A DNA stretch of 32,000 nucleotides, taken from the NCBI RefSeq assembly GCF_053102575.1, contig NZ_CM129848.1; one strand, 5' to 3'. The translations under genes were made by a program, and so were the position numbers. Below, piece after piece: positions 20,587-31,761 of the stretch (positions are counted from its first letter, which is position 1; each line of letters opens with the position of its first letter). Below the pieces are notes generated by a model. The model was not told the origin of the DNA and searched no databases. It saw only the letters and a program-made list of their open reading frames with translations.

Positions 20587-21465
20587 ATGAATAAGTACAC
20601 CATCAACGACATTACGCGCGCATCGGGCGGTTTTGCCATGCTGGCGGTCGATCAGCGCGAAGCCATGCGCATGATGTTTGCCGCGGCTGGGGCACCCGCT
20701 CCGGTAGCCGATAGCGTTTTAACTGATTTCAAAGTTAACGCGGCGAAGACCCTCTCGCCTTATGCCTCGGCGATTCTGGTAGATCAACAATTCTGTTACC
20801 GCCAGGTGGTTGAGCAAAACGCGATTGCCAAAAGTTGCGCCATGATTGTCGCCGCCGATGAGTTCATTCCTGGCAACGGTATTCCGGTAGATAGCGTGGT
20901 CATTGACCGCAAAATCAATCCGCTACAGATCAAACAAGACGGTGGCAAAGCCTTAAAACTGCTGGTGCTGTGGCGTAGTGATGAAGATGCGCAGCAACGC
21001 CTGGATATGGTGAAAGAGTTTAACGAACTGTGCCACTCACACGGCCTGGTAAGCATTATTGAGCCAGTCGTCCGCCCACCACGTCGTGGCGATAAATTCG
21101 ATCGCGAACAAGCGATCATCGATGCCGCCAAAGAGCTGGGCGACAGTGGCGCTGACCTCTACAAAGTTGAAATGCCGCTTTACGGTAAAGGTCCGCAACA
21201 AGAGCTTCTCAGTGCTTCACAACGTCTGAATAACCATATCAATATGCCGTGGGTGATCCTCTCTTCCGGTGTCGACGAAAAACTGTTCCCGCGTGCCGTA
21301 CGCGTGGCAATGACAGCGGGTGCATCGGGCTTCCTGGCTGGTCGTGCCGTCTGGGCATCGGTCGTCGGTTTACCAGACAACGAGCTGATGCTGCGTGACG
21401 TTTGTGCACCGAAATTACAACAACTGGGCGATATCGTCGACGAAATGATGGCTAAACGCCGTTAA
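20587..21465 (+). CDS. yihT: 6-deoxy-6-sulfofructose-1-phosphate aldolase
   Basis: 292 aa, LacD-like class I aldolase ([12 protein letters not shown]). Confidence 0.95.
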   Translation: MNKYTINDITRASGGFAMLAVDQREAMRMMFAAAGAPAPVADSVLTDFKVNAAKTLSPYASAILVDQQFCYRQVVEQNAIAKSCAMIVAADEFIPGNGIPVDSVVIDRKINPLQIKQDGGKALKLLVLWRSDEDAQQRLDMVKEFNELCHSHGLVSIIEPVVRPPRRGDKFDREQAIIDAAKELGDSGADLYKVEMPLYGKGPQQELLSASQRLNNHINMPWVILSSGVDEKLFPRAVRVAMTAGASGFLAGRAVWASVVGLPDNELMLRDVCAPKLQQLGDIVDEMMAKRR

Positions 21466-21480
21466 GATGGGGATACAAAA

Positions 21481-22722
21481 ATGAAATGGTTTAACACTTT
21501 AAGTCACAACCGTTGGCTGGAACAGGAAACCGATCGCATCTTTGATTTTGGTAAAAATTCCGTAGTACCGACCGGATTTGGCTGGTTAGGCAATAAAGGG
21601 CAAATCAAAGAAGAGATGGGCACCCATCTGTGGATCACAGCTCGTATGCTGCACGTTTATTCCGTTGCTGCGGCGATGGGTCGACCTGGCGCTTACTCGT
21701 TGGTTGATCACGGTATTAAAGCCATGAACGGCGCACTGCGCGATAAAAAATATGGCGGCTGGTATGCCTGTGTGAATGACGAGGGCGTGGTGGATGCCTC
21801 CAAACAGGGCTATCAACATTTCTTTGCTCTGCTGGGTGCTGCCAGCGCCGTCACTACCGGTCATCCGGAAGCGCGCAAGCTGCTCGATTACACCATTGAA
21901 ATTATCGAGAAATACTTCTGGAGCGAAGAAGAGCAGATGTGCCTGGAGTCCTGGGACGAAGCCTTCAGCAAAACCGAAGAGTACCGCGGCGGCAATGCCA
22001 ATATGCACGCAGTGGAAGCTTTCTTAATTGTTTATGACGTAACGCATGACAAAAAATGGCTGGATCGCGCGATTCGCGTGGCTTCCGTGATTATCCACGA
22101 CGTCGCAAGAAATAATCATTATCGCGTTAACGAACACTTCGATACCCAGTGGAATCCGCTGCCGGATTACAACAAAGATAACCCGGCGCACCGCTTCCGC
22201 GCGTTCGGAGGTACACCAGGCCACTGGATCGAATGGGGCCGTTTAATGCTGCACATCCACGCGGCCCTGGAAGCCCGTTGCGAACAACCGCCAGCATGGC
22301 TGCTAGAAGATGCCAAAGGTCTGTTTAACGCCACCGTGCGTGATGCCTGGGCACCCGATGGTGCGGACGGGATTGTTTATACCGTTGACTGGGAAGGAAA
22401 ACCGGTGGTCCGCGAACGTGTGCGTTGGCCTATCGTCGAAGCGATGGGTACGGCCTACGCGCTCTACACCGTCACCGGCGATCGCCAGTACGAAACCTGG
22501 TATCAGACATGGTGGGACTACTGCATCAAATACCTGATGGACTACGAAAATGGTTCATGGTGGCAGGAGCTGGATGCGGACAATAAGGTCACCACGAAAG
22601 TCTGGGACGGCAAACAGGATATTTATCACCTGCTGCATTGCCTGGTGATCCCGCGTATCCCGTTAGCACCAGGCCTGGCTCCGGCAGTTGCGGCGGGTCT
22701 GCTGGATATTAACGCGAAATAA
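21481..22722 (+). CDS. yihS: Sulfoquinovose isomerase (AGE superfamily)
   Basis: 413 aa, [36 protein letters not shown]. Synteny. Confidence 0.95.
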   Translation: MKWFNTLSHNRWLEQETDRIFDFGKNSVVPTGFGWLGNKGQIKEEMGTHLWITARMLHVYSVAAAMGRPGAYSLVDHGIKAMNGALRDKKYGGWYACVNDEGVVDASKQGYQHFFALLGAASAVTTGHPEARKLLDYTIEIIEKYFWSEEEQMCLESWDEAFSKTEEYRGGNANMHAVEAFLIVYDVTHDKKWLDRAIRVASVIIHDVARNNHYRVNEHFDTQWNPLPDYNKDNPAHRFRAFGGTPGHWIEWGRLMLHIHAALEARCEQPPAWLLEDAKGLFNATVRDAWAPDGADGIVYTVDWEGKPVVRERVRWPIVEAMGTAYALYTVTGDRQYETWYQTWWDYCIKYLMDYENGSWWQELDADNKVTTKVWDGKQDIYHLLHCLVIPRIPLAPGLAPAVAAGLLDINAK

Positions 22723-22733
22723 CTGACTAAAAA

Positions 22734-22768
22734 AACGACATATCAGGCTGCACGCCGGGTATGTCGTT
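22734..22768 (+). other. Intercistronic inverted repeat between yihS and yihR
   Basis: aacgacata (22734-22742) is perfectly complementary to tatgtcgtt (22760-22768). Confidence 0.7.
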
Positions 22769-22788
22769 ATTCAATAAAGGTACCTCGT

Positions 22789-23691
22789 ATGCAAATCACC
22801 AACATGCATTGCAGTGGACAGACCGTTTCACTTGCCGCGGGGGATTATCACGCGACCATTGTGACCGTCGGTGCAGGTCTGGCTGAATTAACCTTTCAGG
22901 GCTGCCATTTAGTTATTCCACATAAACCCGAAGAGATGCCGCTGGCACATCTGGGCAAAGTCCTTATTCCGTGGCCGAACCGGATCGCCAACGGCTGTTA
23001 TCGCTATCAGGGGCAGGAATATCAGTTACCCATTAATGAACATGGTTCAAAAGCCGCTATTCATGGGCTGCTCGCCTGGCGTGACTGGCAAATCAGCGAA
23101 TTAACCGCCACCAGCGTTACCCTGACAGCTTTTCTGCCGCCCAGTTACGGCTATCCGTTTATGCTGGCTTCGCAGGTTGTTTATTCGCTCAATGCACGCA
23201 CGGGTCTTTCCGTTGAGATCGCAAGTCAGAATATTGGTACTGTGACCGCACCCTATGGTGTGGGTATTCATCCTTATTTAACCTGCAACTTAACATCTGT
23301 TGATGAATATCTGTTCCAGCTTCCGGCAAACCAGGTTTATGCCGTCGATGAGCACGCTAATCCGACAACGCTTCACCACGTTGATGAGCTGGATTTAAAT
23401 TTCACGCAGGCGAAAAAAATAGCCGCGACAAAAATCGACCACACCTTTAAAACCGCTAATGATCTGTGGGAAATAACCATTACCCATCCACAACAGGCGC
23501 TTTCGGTTAGCCTTTGTTCCGATCAACCCTGGGTGCAGATTTATAGCGGCGAAAAATTACAGCGTCAGGGACTGGCAGTTGAACCTATGAGTTGCCCACC
23601 TAACGCCTTTAATTCAGGTCTCGACTTATTATTACTGGAACCAGGGAAAACGCACCGCCTGTTTTTTAATATTTACGGGCAGCACAATTAA
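22789..23691 (+). CDS. yihR: Aldose-1-epimerase family protein YihR (sulfoquinovose mutarotase)
   Basis: 300 aa, galactose mutarotase-like fold (LIPWPNRIANGCYRYQG...ANDLWEITITHP). Synteny. Confidence 0.93.
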   Translation: MQITNMHCSGQTVSLAAGDYHATIVTVGAGLAELTFQGCHLVIPHKPEEMPLAHLGKVLIPWPNRIANGCYRYQGQEYQLPINEHGSKAAIHGLLAWRDWQISELTATSVTLTAFLPPSYGYPFMLASQVVYSLNARTGLSVEIASQNIGTVTAPYGVGIHPYLTCNLTSVDEYLFQLPANQVYAVDEHANPTTLHHVDELDLNFTQAKKIAATKIDHTFKTANDLWEITITHPQQALSVSLCSDQPWVQIYSGEKLQRQGLAVEPMSCPPNAFNSGLDLLLLEPGKTHRLFFNIYGQHN

Positions 23692-23751
23692 TTTTATTAA
23701 GAAAAGAACGAGATCATTGTTTAGGGTTGTATTTACACAACAGGAAATATC

Positions 23752-24627
23752 ATGGACTTTTTTACGTTATTTTCACCGGATGGGGTCATGCTGGAAACAA
23801 ACGTGGTATGTATCGTTATCGCGTTAATGTTTCTTTATACCTTTGTGGGGATATGCGCGGGATTTGGCGGTGGTTTAACCACCATGCCGCTCGTCACGTT
23901 AATGCTCCCCGTAAAAATGGCGACTCCGCTCTCGGTGATTGTCGGCACCGCGACCGCCTTGTACGCCACCTGGCTGTCACGTAAAGAAACGGATTGGCGA
24001 TCGGCAATGGTACTGATTATTTTCTCGTTTCTGGGAATACCCGTCGGTTTATATGCGCTGTCATATTTACCCGACCATTTTATGAAAGTGGGCTTAGGCG
24101 GATTCCTTATCCTGTACTCCTTTTACAGTATGTTTATTCCACGCCTGCCGATTTATGACCGCAACTGGATCGCCGCACCTATCGGCGCTGTGGCAGGAGC
24201 GTTAGGGGCAGCGTTTTCAACCAACGGACCGCCGATGGTTATCTACGGTATGCTGCGTAACTTAGGCCCGGCGGCATTTCGTGGCACTCTGAACGCTTTC
24301 TTCACCGCAAACAACATCGCGGTGATCGGCGGGCTGGCGACCAGCGGAATTTTGACTGTTTCTATCTTTAAACTGGTGCTGTTTTGTATTCCCACCATGA
24401 TCCTCGGTTCACTGGTTGGACAATATGTGCATAAACGCATTTCAGTCAAAGTGTTCCGTGTGATGGTCTTTTTGTTGCTGATTGCCTCCGGTTCTATGTT
24501 GATAAAAGGCGCGCTGGGAATTCCCGCTGCTGCCGCGCTTCTGCCTCCTTTTACCTTGTTAGTTATACTGCAACTGGCATTTGGTAAAAAAGTGGCGGCA
24601 ATCCGCCGGGCTGAAGAAAGTAAATAA
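23752..24627 (+). CDS. TauE/SafE family membrane permease, putative sulfonate/sulfite exporter
   Basis: 291 aa, multi-TM, with CAGFGGGLTTMPLVTLMLP, TNGPPMVIYG and FFTANN typical of DUF81/TauE. SD aggaaatatc-ATG. Same strand as the yih genes. Confidence 0.88.
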   Translation: MDFFTLFSPDGVMLETNVVCIVIALMFLYTFVGICAGFGGGLTTMPLVTLMLPVKMATPLSVIVGTATALYATWLSRKETDWRSAMVLIIFSFLGIPVGLYALSYLPDHFMKVGLGGFLILYSFYSMFIPRLPIYDRNWIAAPIGAVAGALGAAFSTNGPPMVIYGMLRNLGPAAFRGTLNAFFTANNIAVIGGLATSGILTVSIFKLVLFCIPTMILGSLVGQYVHKRISVKVFRVMVFLLLIASGSMLIKGALGIPAAAALLPPFTLLVILQLAFGKKVAAIRRAEESK

Positions 24628-24735
24628 TCACTTATGCGGGTTTTAATTTATACCAGCACCACATTCTTTAATTAATGAAACCTGTAACAACAGGATGGCA
24701 TGAAATATTAGCTTTATACTCTATGGAGATTATTT

Positions 24736-26772
24736 ATGGATACGCCACGCCCACAATTACCAGATTTTGAATTTCATCAGAATAACGACAGTTTTACCCT
24801 ACATTTTCAACAACGTCTTATTTTAACCCATAGCAAAGATAATCCTTGTTTATGGATTGGCTCAGGTATAGCGGACATCGATATGTTCCGCGGCAATTTC
24901 AGCATTAAAGATAAACTACAGGAGAAAATTGCGCTTACCGACGCCATCGTCAGCCAGTCACCGGATGGTTGGTTAATCCATTTCAACCGTGGTTCTGACA
25001 TTAGCGCCACGCTGAATATCTCTGCCGACGATCAGGGCCGTTTATTGCTGGAACTACAAAACGACAACCTTAACCACAACCGCATCTGGCTGCGCCTTGC
25101 CGCTCAACCAGAGGACCATATCTACGGCTGCGGCGAACAGTTTTCCTACTTCGATCTGCGTGGCAAACCGTTCCCGCTATGGACCAGTGAACAAGGCGTT
25201 GGTCGCAATAAACAAACCTATGTCACCTGGCAGGCCGACTGCAAAGAAAATGCGGGCGGCGACTATTACTGGACTTTCTTCCCACAGCCTACGTTTGTCA
25301 GCACGCAGAAGTATTACTGCCATGTTGATAACAGTTGCTATATGAACTTCGACTTTAGTGCTCCGGAATACCATGAACTGGCGCTGTGGGAAGACAAAGC
25401 AACGCTGCGTTTTGAATGTGCTGACACATACATCTCCCTGCTGGAAAAATTAACCGCCCTGCTGGGACGCCAGCCAGAACTGCCCGACTGGATTTATGAC
25501 GGAGTAACGCTCGGCATTCAGGGCGGGACGGAAGTGTGCCAGAAGAAACTGGACACCATGCGTAACGCGGGCGTGAAGGTCAACGGCATCTGGGCGCAGG
25601 ACTGGTCCGGTATTCGTATGACCTCTTTTGGCAAACGCGTGATGTGGAACTGGAAGTGGAACAGCGAAAACTACCCGCAACTGGATTCGCGTATCAAGCA
25701 GTGGAACAAAGAGGGCGTGCAGTTCCTTGCCTATATCAACCCGTATGTTGCCAGTGATAAAGATCTCTGCGAAGAGGCGGCAAAGCGCGGTTATCTGGCA
25801 AAAGATGTCGCCGGTGGCGACTATCTGGTGGAGTTTGGCGAGTTCTACGGCGGCGTTGTCGATCTCACCAATCCGGAAGCCTACGCCTGGTTCAAGGAAG
25901 TTATCAAAAAGAACATGATTGAACTCGGCTGCGGCGGCTGGATGGCTGACTTCGGCGAGTATCTGCCCACCGACACGTACCTGCATAACGGCATCAGCGC
26001 GGAAATTATGCATAACGCCTGGCCCGCGCTGTGGGCGAAATGTAACTACGAAGCCCTTGAAGAAACGGGCAAGCTCGGCGAGATCCTCTTCTTTATGCGC
26101 GCCGGTTCTACCGGTAGCCAGAAATACTCCACCATGATGTGGGCGGGTGACCAGAACGTGGACTGGAGTCTGGACGATGGCCTGGCGTCGGTTGTCCCGG
26201 CGGCGCTATCTCTGGCAATGACCGGACATGGCCTGCATCACAGCGACATTGGCGGTTATACCACCCTGTTTGAGATGAAGCGCAGCAAAGAGCTGCTGCT
26301 GCGCTGGTGCGATTTCAGCGCCTTCACGCCGATGATGCGCACCCACGAAGGTAACCGTCCTGGCGACAACTGGCAGTTTGACGGCGACGCGGAAACCATC
26401 GCCCATTTCGCCCGTATGACCACCGTCTTCACCACCCTGAAACCTTACCTGAAAGAGGCCGTCGCGCTGAATGCGAAGTCCGGCCTGCCGGTTATGCGCC
26501 CGCTGTTCCTGCATTACGAAGACGACGCGCAGACCTATTCCCTGAAATATCAGTACCTGTTAGGTCGCGACATTCTGGTTGCTCCGGTACACGAAGAAGG
26601 TCGCAGCGACTGGACGCTCTATCTGCCAGAGGATAACTGGGTCCACGCCTGGACCGGAGAAACCTTCCACGGTGGAGAAATAACTGTTGAAGCGCCCATC
26701 GGCAAGCCGCCGGTCTTTTATCGCGCCGACAGCGAATGGGCTGCACTGTTCGCCTCGTTAAAAAACATCTAA
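24736..26772 (+). CDS. yihQ: Sulfoquinovosidase, GH31
   Basis: 678 aa, GGWMADFGEYLP (GH31 nucleophile region) and WAGDQNVDWS. Confidence 0.97.
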   Translation: MDTPRPQLPDFEFHQNNDSFTLHFQQRLILTHSKDNPCLWIGSGIADIDMFRGNFSIKDKLQEKIALTDAIVSQSPDGWLIHFNRGSDISATLNISADDQGRLLLELQNDNLNHNRIWLRLAAQPEDHIYGCGEQFSYFDLRGKPFPLWTSEQGVGRNKQTYVTWQADCKENAGGDYYWTFFPQPTFVSTQKYYCHVDNSCYMNFDFSAPEYHELALWEDKATLRFECADTYISLLEKLTALLGRQPELPDWIYDGVTLGIQGGTEVCQKKLDTMRNAGVKVNGIWAQDWSGIRMTSFGKRVMWNWKWNSENYPQLDSRIKQWNKEGVQFLAYINPYVASDKDLCEEAAKRGYLAKDVAGGDYLVEFGEFYGGVVDLTNPEAYAWFKEVIKKNMIELGCGGWMADFGEYLPTDTYLHNGISAEIMHNAWPALWAKCNYEALEETGKLGEILFFMRAGSTGSQKYSTMMWAGDQNVDWSLDDGLASVVPAALSLAMTGHGLHHSDIGGYTTLFEMKRSKELLLRWCDFSAFTPMMRTHEGNRPGDNWQFDGDAETIAHFARMTTVFTTLKPYLKEAVALNAKSGLPVMRPLFLHYEDDAQTYSLKYQYLLGRDILVAPVHEEGRSDWTLYLPEDNWVHAWTGETFHGGEITVEAPIGKPPVFYRADSEWAALFASLKNI

Positions 26773-26776
26773 TCAT

Positions 26777-26802
26777 GCCCGCCCGTGGGGAAACTCACGG
26801 GC
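26777..26802 (+). other. Intercistronic hairpin between yihQ and yihP
   Basis: gcccgtg...cacgggc perfect 7-bp stem with no following T run, directly upstream of the yihP Shine-Dalgarno. Confidence 0.7.
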
Positions 26803-26817
26803 AAATGGAGAATAACG

Positions 26818-28203
26818 ATGAGTCACATCACAACGGAAGATCCGGCAACTTTGCGCCTGCCCTTTAAAGAGAAACTCTCTTACGGTATCGGCGATCTGGC
26901 CTCTAACATCCTGCTGGATATTGGTACGCTTTATCTTTTGAAGTTTTATACCGACGTTCTGGGGCTGCCTGGCACCTATGGCGGCATTATCTTTTTGATC
27001 TCGAAATTCTTTACCGCCTTTACCGATATGGGAACCGGCATCATGTTGGATTCCCGACGCAAGATCGGTCCAAAAGGTAAATTCCGTCCTTTTATTCTGT
27101 ATGCGTCATTCCCGGTTACCTTATTGGCAATCGCTAACTTTATCGGCACACCGTTCGATGTCACCGGTAAAACGGTGATGGCCACTATTCTGTTTATGCT
27201 TTACGGACTGTTTTTCAGCATGATGAACTGCTCCTACGGCGCAATGGTTCCCGCCATTACCAAAAACCCCAACGAACGCGCCTCGCTGGCAGCATGGCGT
27301 CAGGGCGGCGCTACGCTGGGCCTGCTGCTGTGCACGGTGGGATTCGTGCCGGTTATGAATCTAATCGAGGGTAATCAGCAACTTGGCTATATCTTCGCCG
27401 CCACGCTGTTTTCACTGTTTGGCCTGCTGTTTATGTGGATCTGCTATTCGGGCGTGAAAGAGCGTTATGTCGAAACCCAACCTACCAATCCGGCGCAAAA
27501 GCCAGGCCTGTTGCAATCTTTCCGCGCAATTGCCGGTAACCGCCCACTGTTCATTTTGTGCATTGCCAACCTCTGTACCTTAGGGGCGTTTAACGTCAAG
27601 CTCGCCATTCAGGTCTATTACACCCAGTACGTGCTTAACGATCCCATCCTGTTGTCATATATGGGATTTTTCAGCATGGGCTGTATTTTCATCGGCGTGT
27701 TCCTGATGCCTGGTGCAGTCAGGCGTTTTGGTAAGAAGAAGGTCTATATTGGCGGTCTGCTGATCTGGGTGCTGGGCGATCTGCTCAACTATTTCTTCGG
27801 CGGCGGCTCGGTCAACTTTGTGGCTTTCTCCTGCCTGGCGTTCTTTGGTTCGGCGTTTGTTAACAGCCTGAACTGGGCGCTGGTTTCTGACACCGTCGAG
27901 TACGGCGAGTGGCGTACCGGCGTTCGTTCGGAAGGAACGGTCTACACCGGCTTCACCTTCTTTCGCAAAGTGTCTCAGGCGCTGGCTGGTTTCTTCCCCG
28001 GCTGGATGCTGACGCAAATCGGCTATGTGCCGAACGTGGCGCAGGCTGACCACACCATTGAAGGGTTGCGCCAGCTGATCTTCATCTACCCAAGCGCACT
28101 GGCGGTAGTCACCATTGTGGCGATGGGTTGCTTCTACAGTCTGAACGAGAAGATGTACGTCCGCATTGTTGAAGAAATAGAAGCCCGTAAACGCACGGCG
28201 TAA
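26818..28203 (+). CDS. yihP: GPH-family transporter YihP (putative DHPS exporter)
   Basis: 461 aa from ATG 26818 with upstream GGAG. GPH cation symporter sequence. Confidence 0.93.
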   Translation: MSHITTEDPATLRLPFKEKLSYGIGDLASNILLDIGTLYLLKFYTDVLGLPGTYGGIIFLISKFFTAFTDMGTGIMLDSRRKIGPKGKFRPFILYASFPVTLLAIANFIGTPFDVTGKTVMATILFMLYGLFFSMMNCSYGAMVPAITKNPNERASLAAWRQGGATLGLLLCTVGFVPVMNLIEGNQQLGYIFAATLFSLFGLLFMWICYSGVKERYVETQPTNPAQKPGLLQSFRAIAGNRPLFILCIANLCTLGAFNVKLAIQVYYTQYVLNDPILLSYMGFFSMGCIFIGVFLMPGAVRRFGKKKVYIGGLLIWVLGDLLNYFFGGGSVNFVAFSCLAFFGSAFVNSLNWALVSDTVEYGEWRTGVRSEGTVYTGFTFFRKVSQALAGFFPGWMLTQIGYVPNVAQADHTIEGLRQLIFIYPSALAVVTIVAMGCFYSLNEKMYVRIVEEIEARKRTA

Positions 28204-28242
28204 TAATAAACGACGCCCTGCGGGGCGTTATAAGGAGTGATT

Positions 28243-29646
28243 ATGTCTGACCATAATCCACTGACATTAAAACTGAATCTGCGGGAAAAAATCGCCTATG
28301 GTATGGGCGACGTTGGTTCGAATTTAATGCTTAGCATCGGTACTCTGTATCTCCTCAAATTTTATACCGATGAATTAGGGATGCCAGCTTACTATGGCGG
28401 GATTATCTTTCTGGTGGCGAAGTTTTTTACCGCGTTTACCGATATGCTCACCGGATTTTTACTCGATTCGCGGAAAAATATTGGGCCTAAAGGCAAATTT
28501 CGTCCCTTTATTTTATATGCAGCGGTTCCGGCGGCGTTAATTGCAACGCTCCAGTTTATCGCCACCACCTTTAGTTTGCCGGTTAAAACGACGATTGCCA
28601 CCGCGCTGTTTATGATGTTTGGACTTTCATACAGTCTGATGAACTGCTCGTATGGTGCGATGATCCCGGCAATTACCAAAAACCCGAATGAGCGCGCGCA
28701 GCTCGCGGCTTACCGCCAGGGTGGTGCAACCATAGGGCTATTGATTTGTACCGTGGCGTTTATTCCGTTGCAGTCGCTTTTTTCTGACTCAACCGTCGGT
28801 TATGCCTGTGCGGCACTTATGTTCTCCATTGGCGGCTTTATTTTTATGATGCTGTGCTACAGAGGCGTCAAAGAGCATTATGTGGACACAGCACCAACCG
28901 GACATAAAGCCAGTATTCTCAAATCTTTTTGCGCGATATTTCGGAATCCGCCATTGCTGGTTTTATGCATTGCTAACTTGTGTACCCTGGCGGCATTTAA
29001 TATCAAACTGGCGATTCAGGTCTATTACACCCAGTATGTGCTGAATGATATTAATTTATTGTCGTGGATGGGATTCTTCAGTATGGGATGCATCCTCGTC
29101 GGCGTATTACTGGTGCCATTAACTGTAAAATGTTTTGGTAAAAAACAGGTTTATTTAGCTGGCATGGTGCTATGGGCGGTTGGTGATATCCTGAATTATT
29201 TCTGGGGAAGTAACTCTTTCACTTTCGTCATGTTCTCTTGTGTCGCCTTTTTTGGCACGGCCTTTGTAAACAGCCTGAACTGGGCGCTGGTACCAGATAC
29301 CGTAGATTACGGTGAATGGAAAACCGGTATTCGTGCCGAAGGTTCTGTTTATACCGGTTATACCTTCTTTCGTAAAATTTCTGCCGCACTTGCTGGCTTC
29401 TTGCCAGGCATTATGCTGACGCAAATCGGTTATGTTCCCAACATCGCGCAAAGTGATGCGACATTACAGGGTTTGCGTCAGCTCATTTTTATCTGGCCTT
29501 GTGCACTGGCAATTATTGCTGCATTGACGATGGGATTCTTTTACACACTCAATGAAAAACGGTTTGCGTTGATTATTGAGGAAATCAACCAACGCAAAAA
29601 TAAAGAAATTGAGACAGAAGAAAAAACGGCTTCCGTAACGTTATAA
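28243..29646 (+). CDS. yihO: GPH-family transporter YihO (putative sulfoquinovose importer)
   Basis: 467 aa from ATG 28243 with AAGGAG upstream. Clear paralogue of YihP. Confidence 0.93.
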   Translation: MSDHNPLTLKLNLREKIAYGMGDVGSNLMLSIGTLYLLKFYTDELGMPAYYGGIIFLVAKFFTAFTDMLTGFLLDSRKNIGPKGKFRPFILYAAVPAALIATLQFIATTFSLPVKTTIATALFMMFGLSYSLMNCSYGAMIPAITKNPNERAQLAAYRQGGATIGLLICTVAFIPLQSLFSDSTVGYACAALMFSIGGFIFMMLCYRGVKEHYVDTAPTGHKASILKSFCAIFRNPPLLVLCIANLCTLAAFNIKLAIQVYYTQYVLNDINLLSWMGFFSMGCILVGVLLVPLTVKCFGKKQVYLAGMVLWAVGDILNYFWGSNSFTFVMFSCVAFFGTAFVNSLNWALVPDTVDYGEWKTGIRAEGSVYTGYTFFRKISAALAGFLPGIMLTQIGYVPNIAQSDATLQGLRQLIFIWPCALAIIAALTMGFFYTLNEKRFALIIEEINQRKNKEIETEEKTASVTL

Positions 29647-29712
29647 ATGTCAATAGCCGCTATTTCCATCCTGGTGGGTGGCGGCCTCCCTACGTTTAAA
29701 AATGGACTTATT

Positions 29713-30405
29713 ATGAAAAATATTAATGCAATAATTTTATTATCTTCTCTGACCTCTGCCTCAGTATTCGCTGGCGCATACGTCGAAAACAGGGAGGCAT
29801 ATAATCTCGCCTCCGATCAGGGCGAGGTTATGCTACGTGTGGGTTATAACTTCGATATGGGCGCGGGTATTATGTTAACCAATACCTACACCTTTCAGCG
29901 AGAAGATGAACTAAAACATGGATATAACGAAATCGAAGGTTGGTATCCGTTATTTAAACCAACCGATAAATTAACCATCCAGCCCGGTGGCTTAATTAAT
30001 GATAAGAGCGCCGGTTCCGGTGGTGCTGTTTATCTGGATGTTAACTACAAATTTACTCCGTGGTTTAACCTGACAGTGCGCAACCGTTTTAACCATAATA
30101 ACTACAGCTCAACCGATTTAAACGGTGATCTGGATAATAATGACAGCTACGAGATTGGCAACTACTGGAACTTTATTATTACCGATAAGTTCTCATATAC
30201 CTTTGAGCCGCATTATTTTTATAACATTAATGATTTCAATAGCGGCAATGGCACGAAGCATCACTGGGAAATCACTAACACCTTCCGTTACCGCATTAAC
30301 GAGCACTGGCTGCCCTATATTGAATTGCGCTGGTTAGATCGCAACGTGGAACCGTACCACCGCGAGCAAAACCAGATTCGTATCGGGACGAAGTATTTCT
30401 TCTGA
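29713..30405 (+). CDS. ompL: Outer membrane porin OmpL (KdgM-like)
   Basis: 230 aa from ATG 29713. Signal peptide MKNINAIILLSSLTSASVFA, beta-barrel pattern ending in aromatic F. Confidence 0.95.
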   Translation: MKNINAIILLSSLTSASVFAGAYVENREAYNLASDQGEVMLRVGYNFDMGAGIMLTNTYTFQREDELKHGYNEIEGWYPLFKPTDKLTIQPGGLINDKSAGSGGAVYLDVNYKFTPWFNLTVRNRFNHNNYSSTDLNGDLDNNDSYEIGNYWNFIITDKFSYTFEPHYFYNINDFNSGNGTKHHWEITNTFRYRINEHWLPYIELRWLDRNVEPYHREQNQIRIGTKYFF

Positions 30406-30413
30406 TGTGAAAC

Positions 30414-30490
<77 letters not shown>

Positions 30491-30495
30491 ATTAA

Positions 30496-31761
30496 TTAAG
30501 CTTCAGCCGCCAGCATCTCTTTCTTACGTTGGCTAATACGCTTAACCAGCATTACGGAAACCACCGCACCACAGAATGCGAAGCAGGCCATAATGCCAAA
30601 CACGATTTTGTAGCCAATAATCCCCGGATTTAAATCCAGAATGTAGCCATACAGACTGAAGCAGAACATCGCCGGGGCGTAACCAATAAAGCTACCCAAC
30701 GCCATCGCCGCGCCTGTTTTATTTTCAGCAATTTTTGCTTCGCCGATAGGTGCAAAAAATACGGCTCGCTGTGTAAAGACTATCGCGCCAAAGCCCAGCG
30801 TACATGCCATCCCTAAATAGACCGGCATACTTTCGTGCGGCAGCATAATCAACAGTACGAGCGCAGCGGTACTGATGATAAAGGTGTAGCATAGATATTT
30901 ACTCGGCGATTTCAGGATCTTATCTGAAATCATGCCACCAATCGGTCCACCAATCATTTTCAGACAGTATTGGTTAATGATGCCGTAAGCCCCCACCAGC
31001 GCAACGGGCAATAGATAGATGTTTTTCAGGAATGGAATGAAGAATGTCAGGCCACAGTAAACCGCGTAAACGAAGAAGACGTTGAAAGCGATAAGCCAGA
31101 TGGTTTTGTCTCTCAGCACCGAGGTCATACTGGTGTTTTGTGATGCTCCGTCTTCTTTTTTCACCTCAACGGACGGTGCCTCTTCTTTGTCATTCAGGAC
31201 AAAGAAAATAATAATGCCTACGGCAATCACAATAAGGGAATAGAACCAGATGCCTGCTTTAAAACCCAATAAGCCACTGCCAAACCAGGTAAATACTGCC
31301 AACGCAGAAAATGCCACCACGGTATCGACAATGCCACGCCCTGTTTCGAAGAAGCCAAACAACCGACCTTGTTGTTCGCTATTGCCCAATCGACTTACCG
31401 ACTTGAGCAAGACCGGCCAGTTCATCATGTCGCAAGTAACGCCAAATAGCGCCCAGACAAAGAGGATGCCCCAATACCCCGGCATTGTCGTCAAATAAAC
31501 ACCCAGTAATCCTGTCGCAATGAGTGAGAATGACATGGTGTATCTGCGCGGTAGTTTATCGGCAAAATAAATAGACAGAAAAAAGCCCACTGTGGTGACA
31601 AATGAGTTTACCGACATGGCATTACCAATTTGACCATTGGTCAAATGGAAATATTCCTGCATCGGGATATAAAACGCATCTTTCAGCGACGGTAATTTAT
31701 AAATTGTACCGCCACACAGTGTTAATAGACTAAATAACGCCCATTTCTTTTTCGTGAGCAT
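30496..31761 (-). CDS. yihN: MFS transporter YihN
   Basis: 421 aa, 12-TM MFS-like (IYFADKLPRRY). Synteny next to ompL. Confidence 0.93.
   Translation of the reverse strand: MLTKKKWALFSLLTLCGGTIYKLPSLKDAFYIPMQEYFHLTNGQIGNAMSVNSFVTTVGFFLSIYFADKLPRRYTMSFSLIATGLLGVYLTTMPGYWGILFVWALFGVTCDMMNWPVLLKSVSRLGNSEQQGRLFGFFETGRGIVDTVVAFSALAVFTWFGSGLLGFKAGIWFYSLIVIAVGIIIFFVLNDKEEAPSVEVKKEDGASQNTSMTSVLRDKTIWLIAFNVFFVYAVYCGLTFFIPFLKNIYLLPVALVGAYGIINQYCLKMIGGPIGGMISDKILKSPSKYLCYTFIISTAALVLLIMLPHESMPVYLGMACTLGFGAIVFTQRAVFFAPIGEAKIAENKTGAAMALGSFIGYAPAMFCFSLYGYILDLNPGIIGYKIVFGIMACFAFCGAVVSVMLVKRISQRKKEMLAAEA

Noticed and set aside
25450-26137. Antisense 187-aa ORF and + frame 72-aa ORF overlapping yihQ
   Set aside because: Overlap with a well-supported GH31 gene; typical shadow ORFs.
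26785-29646. Adjacent YihP and YihO considered a recent tandem duplication
   Set aside because: Both are established, diverged GPH transporters of the yih locus; nothing strain-specific is seen.
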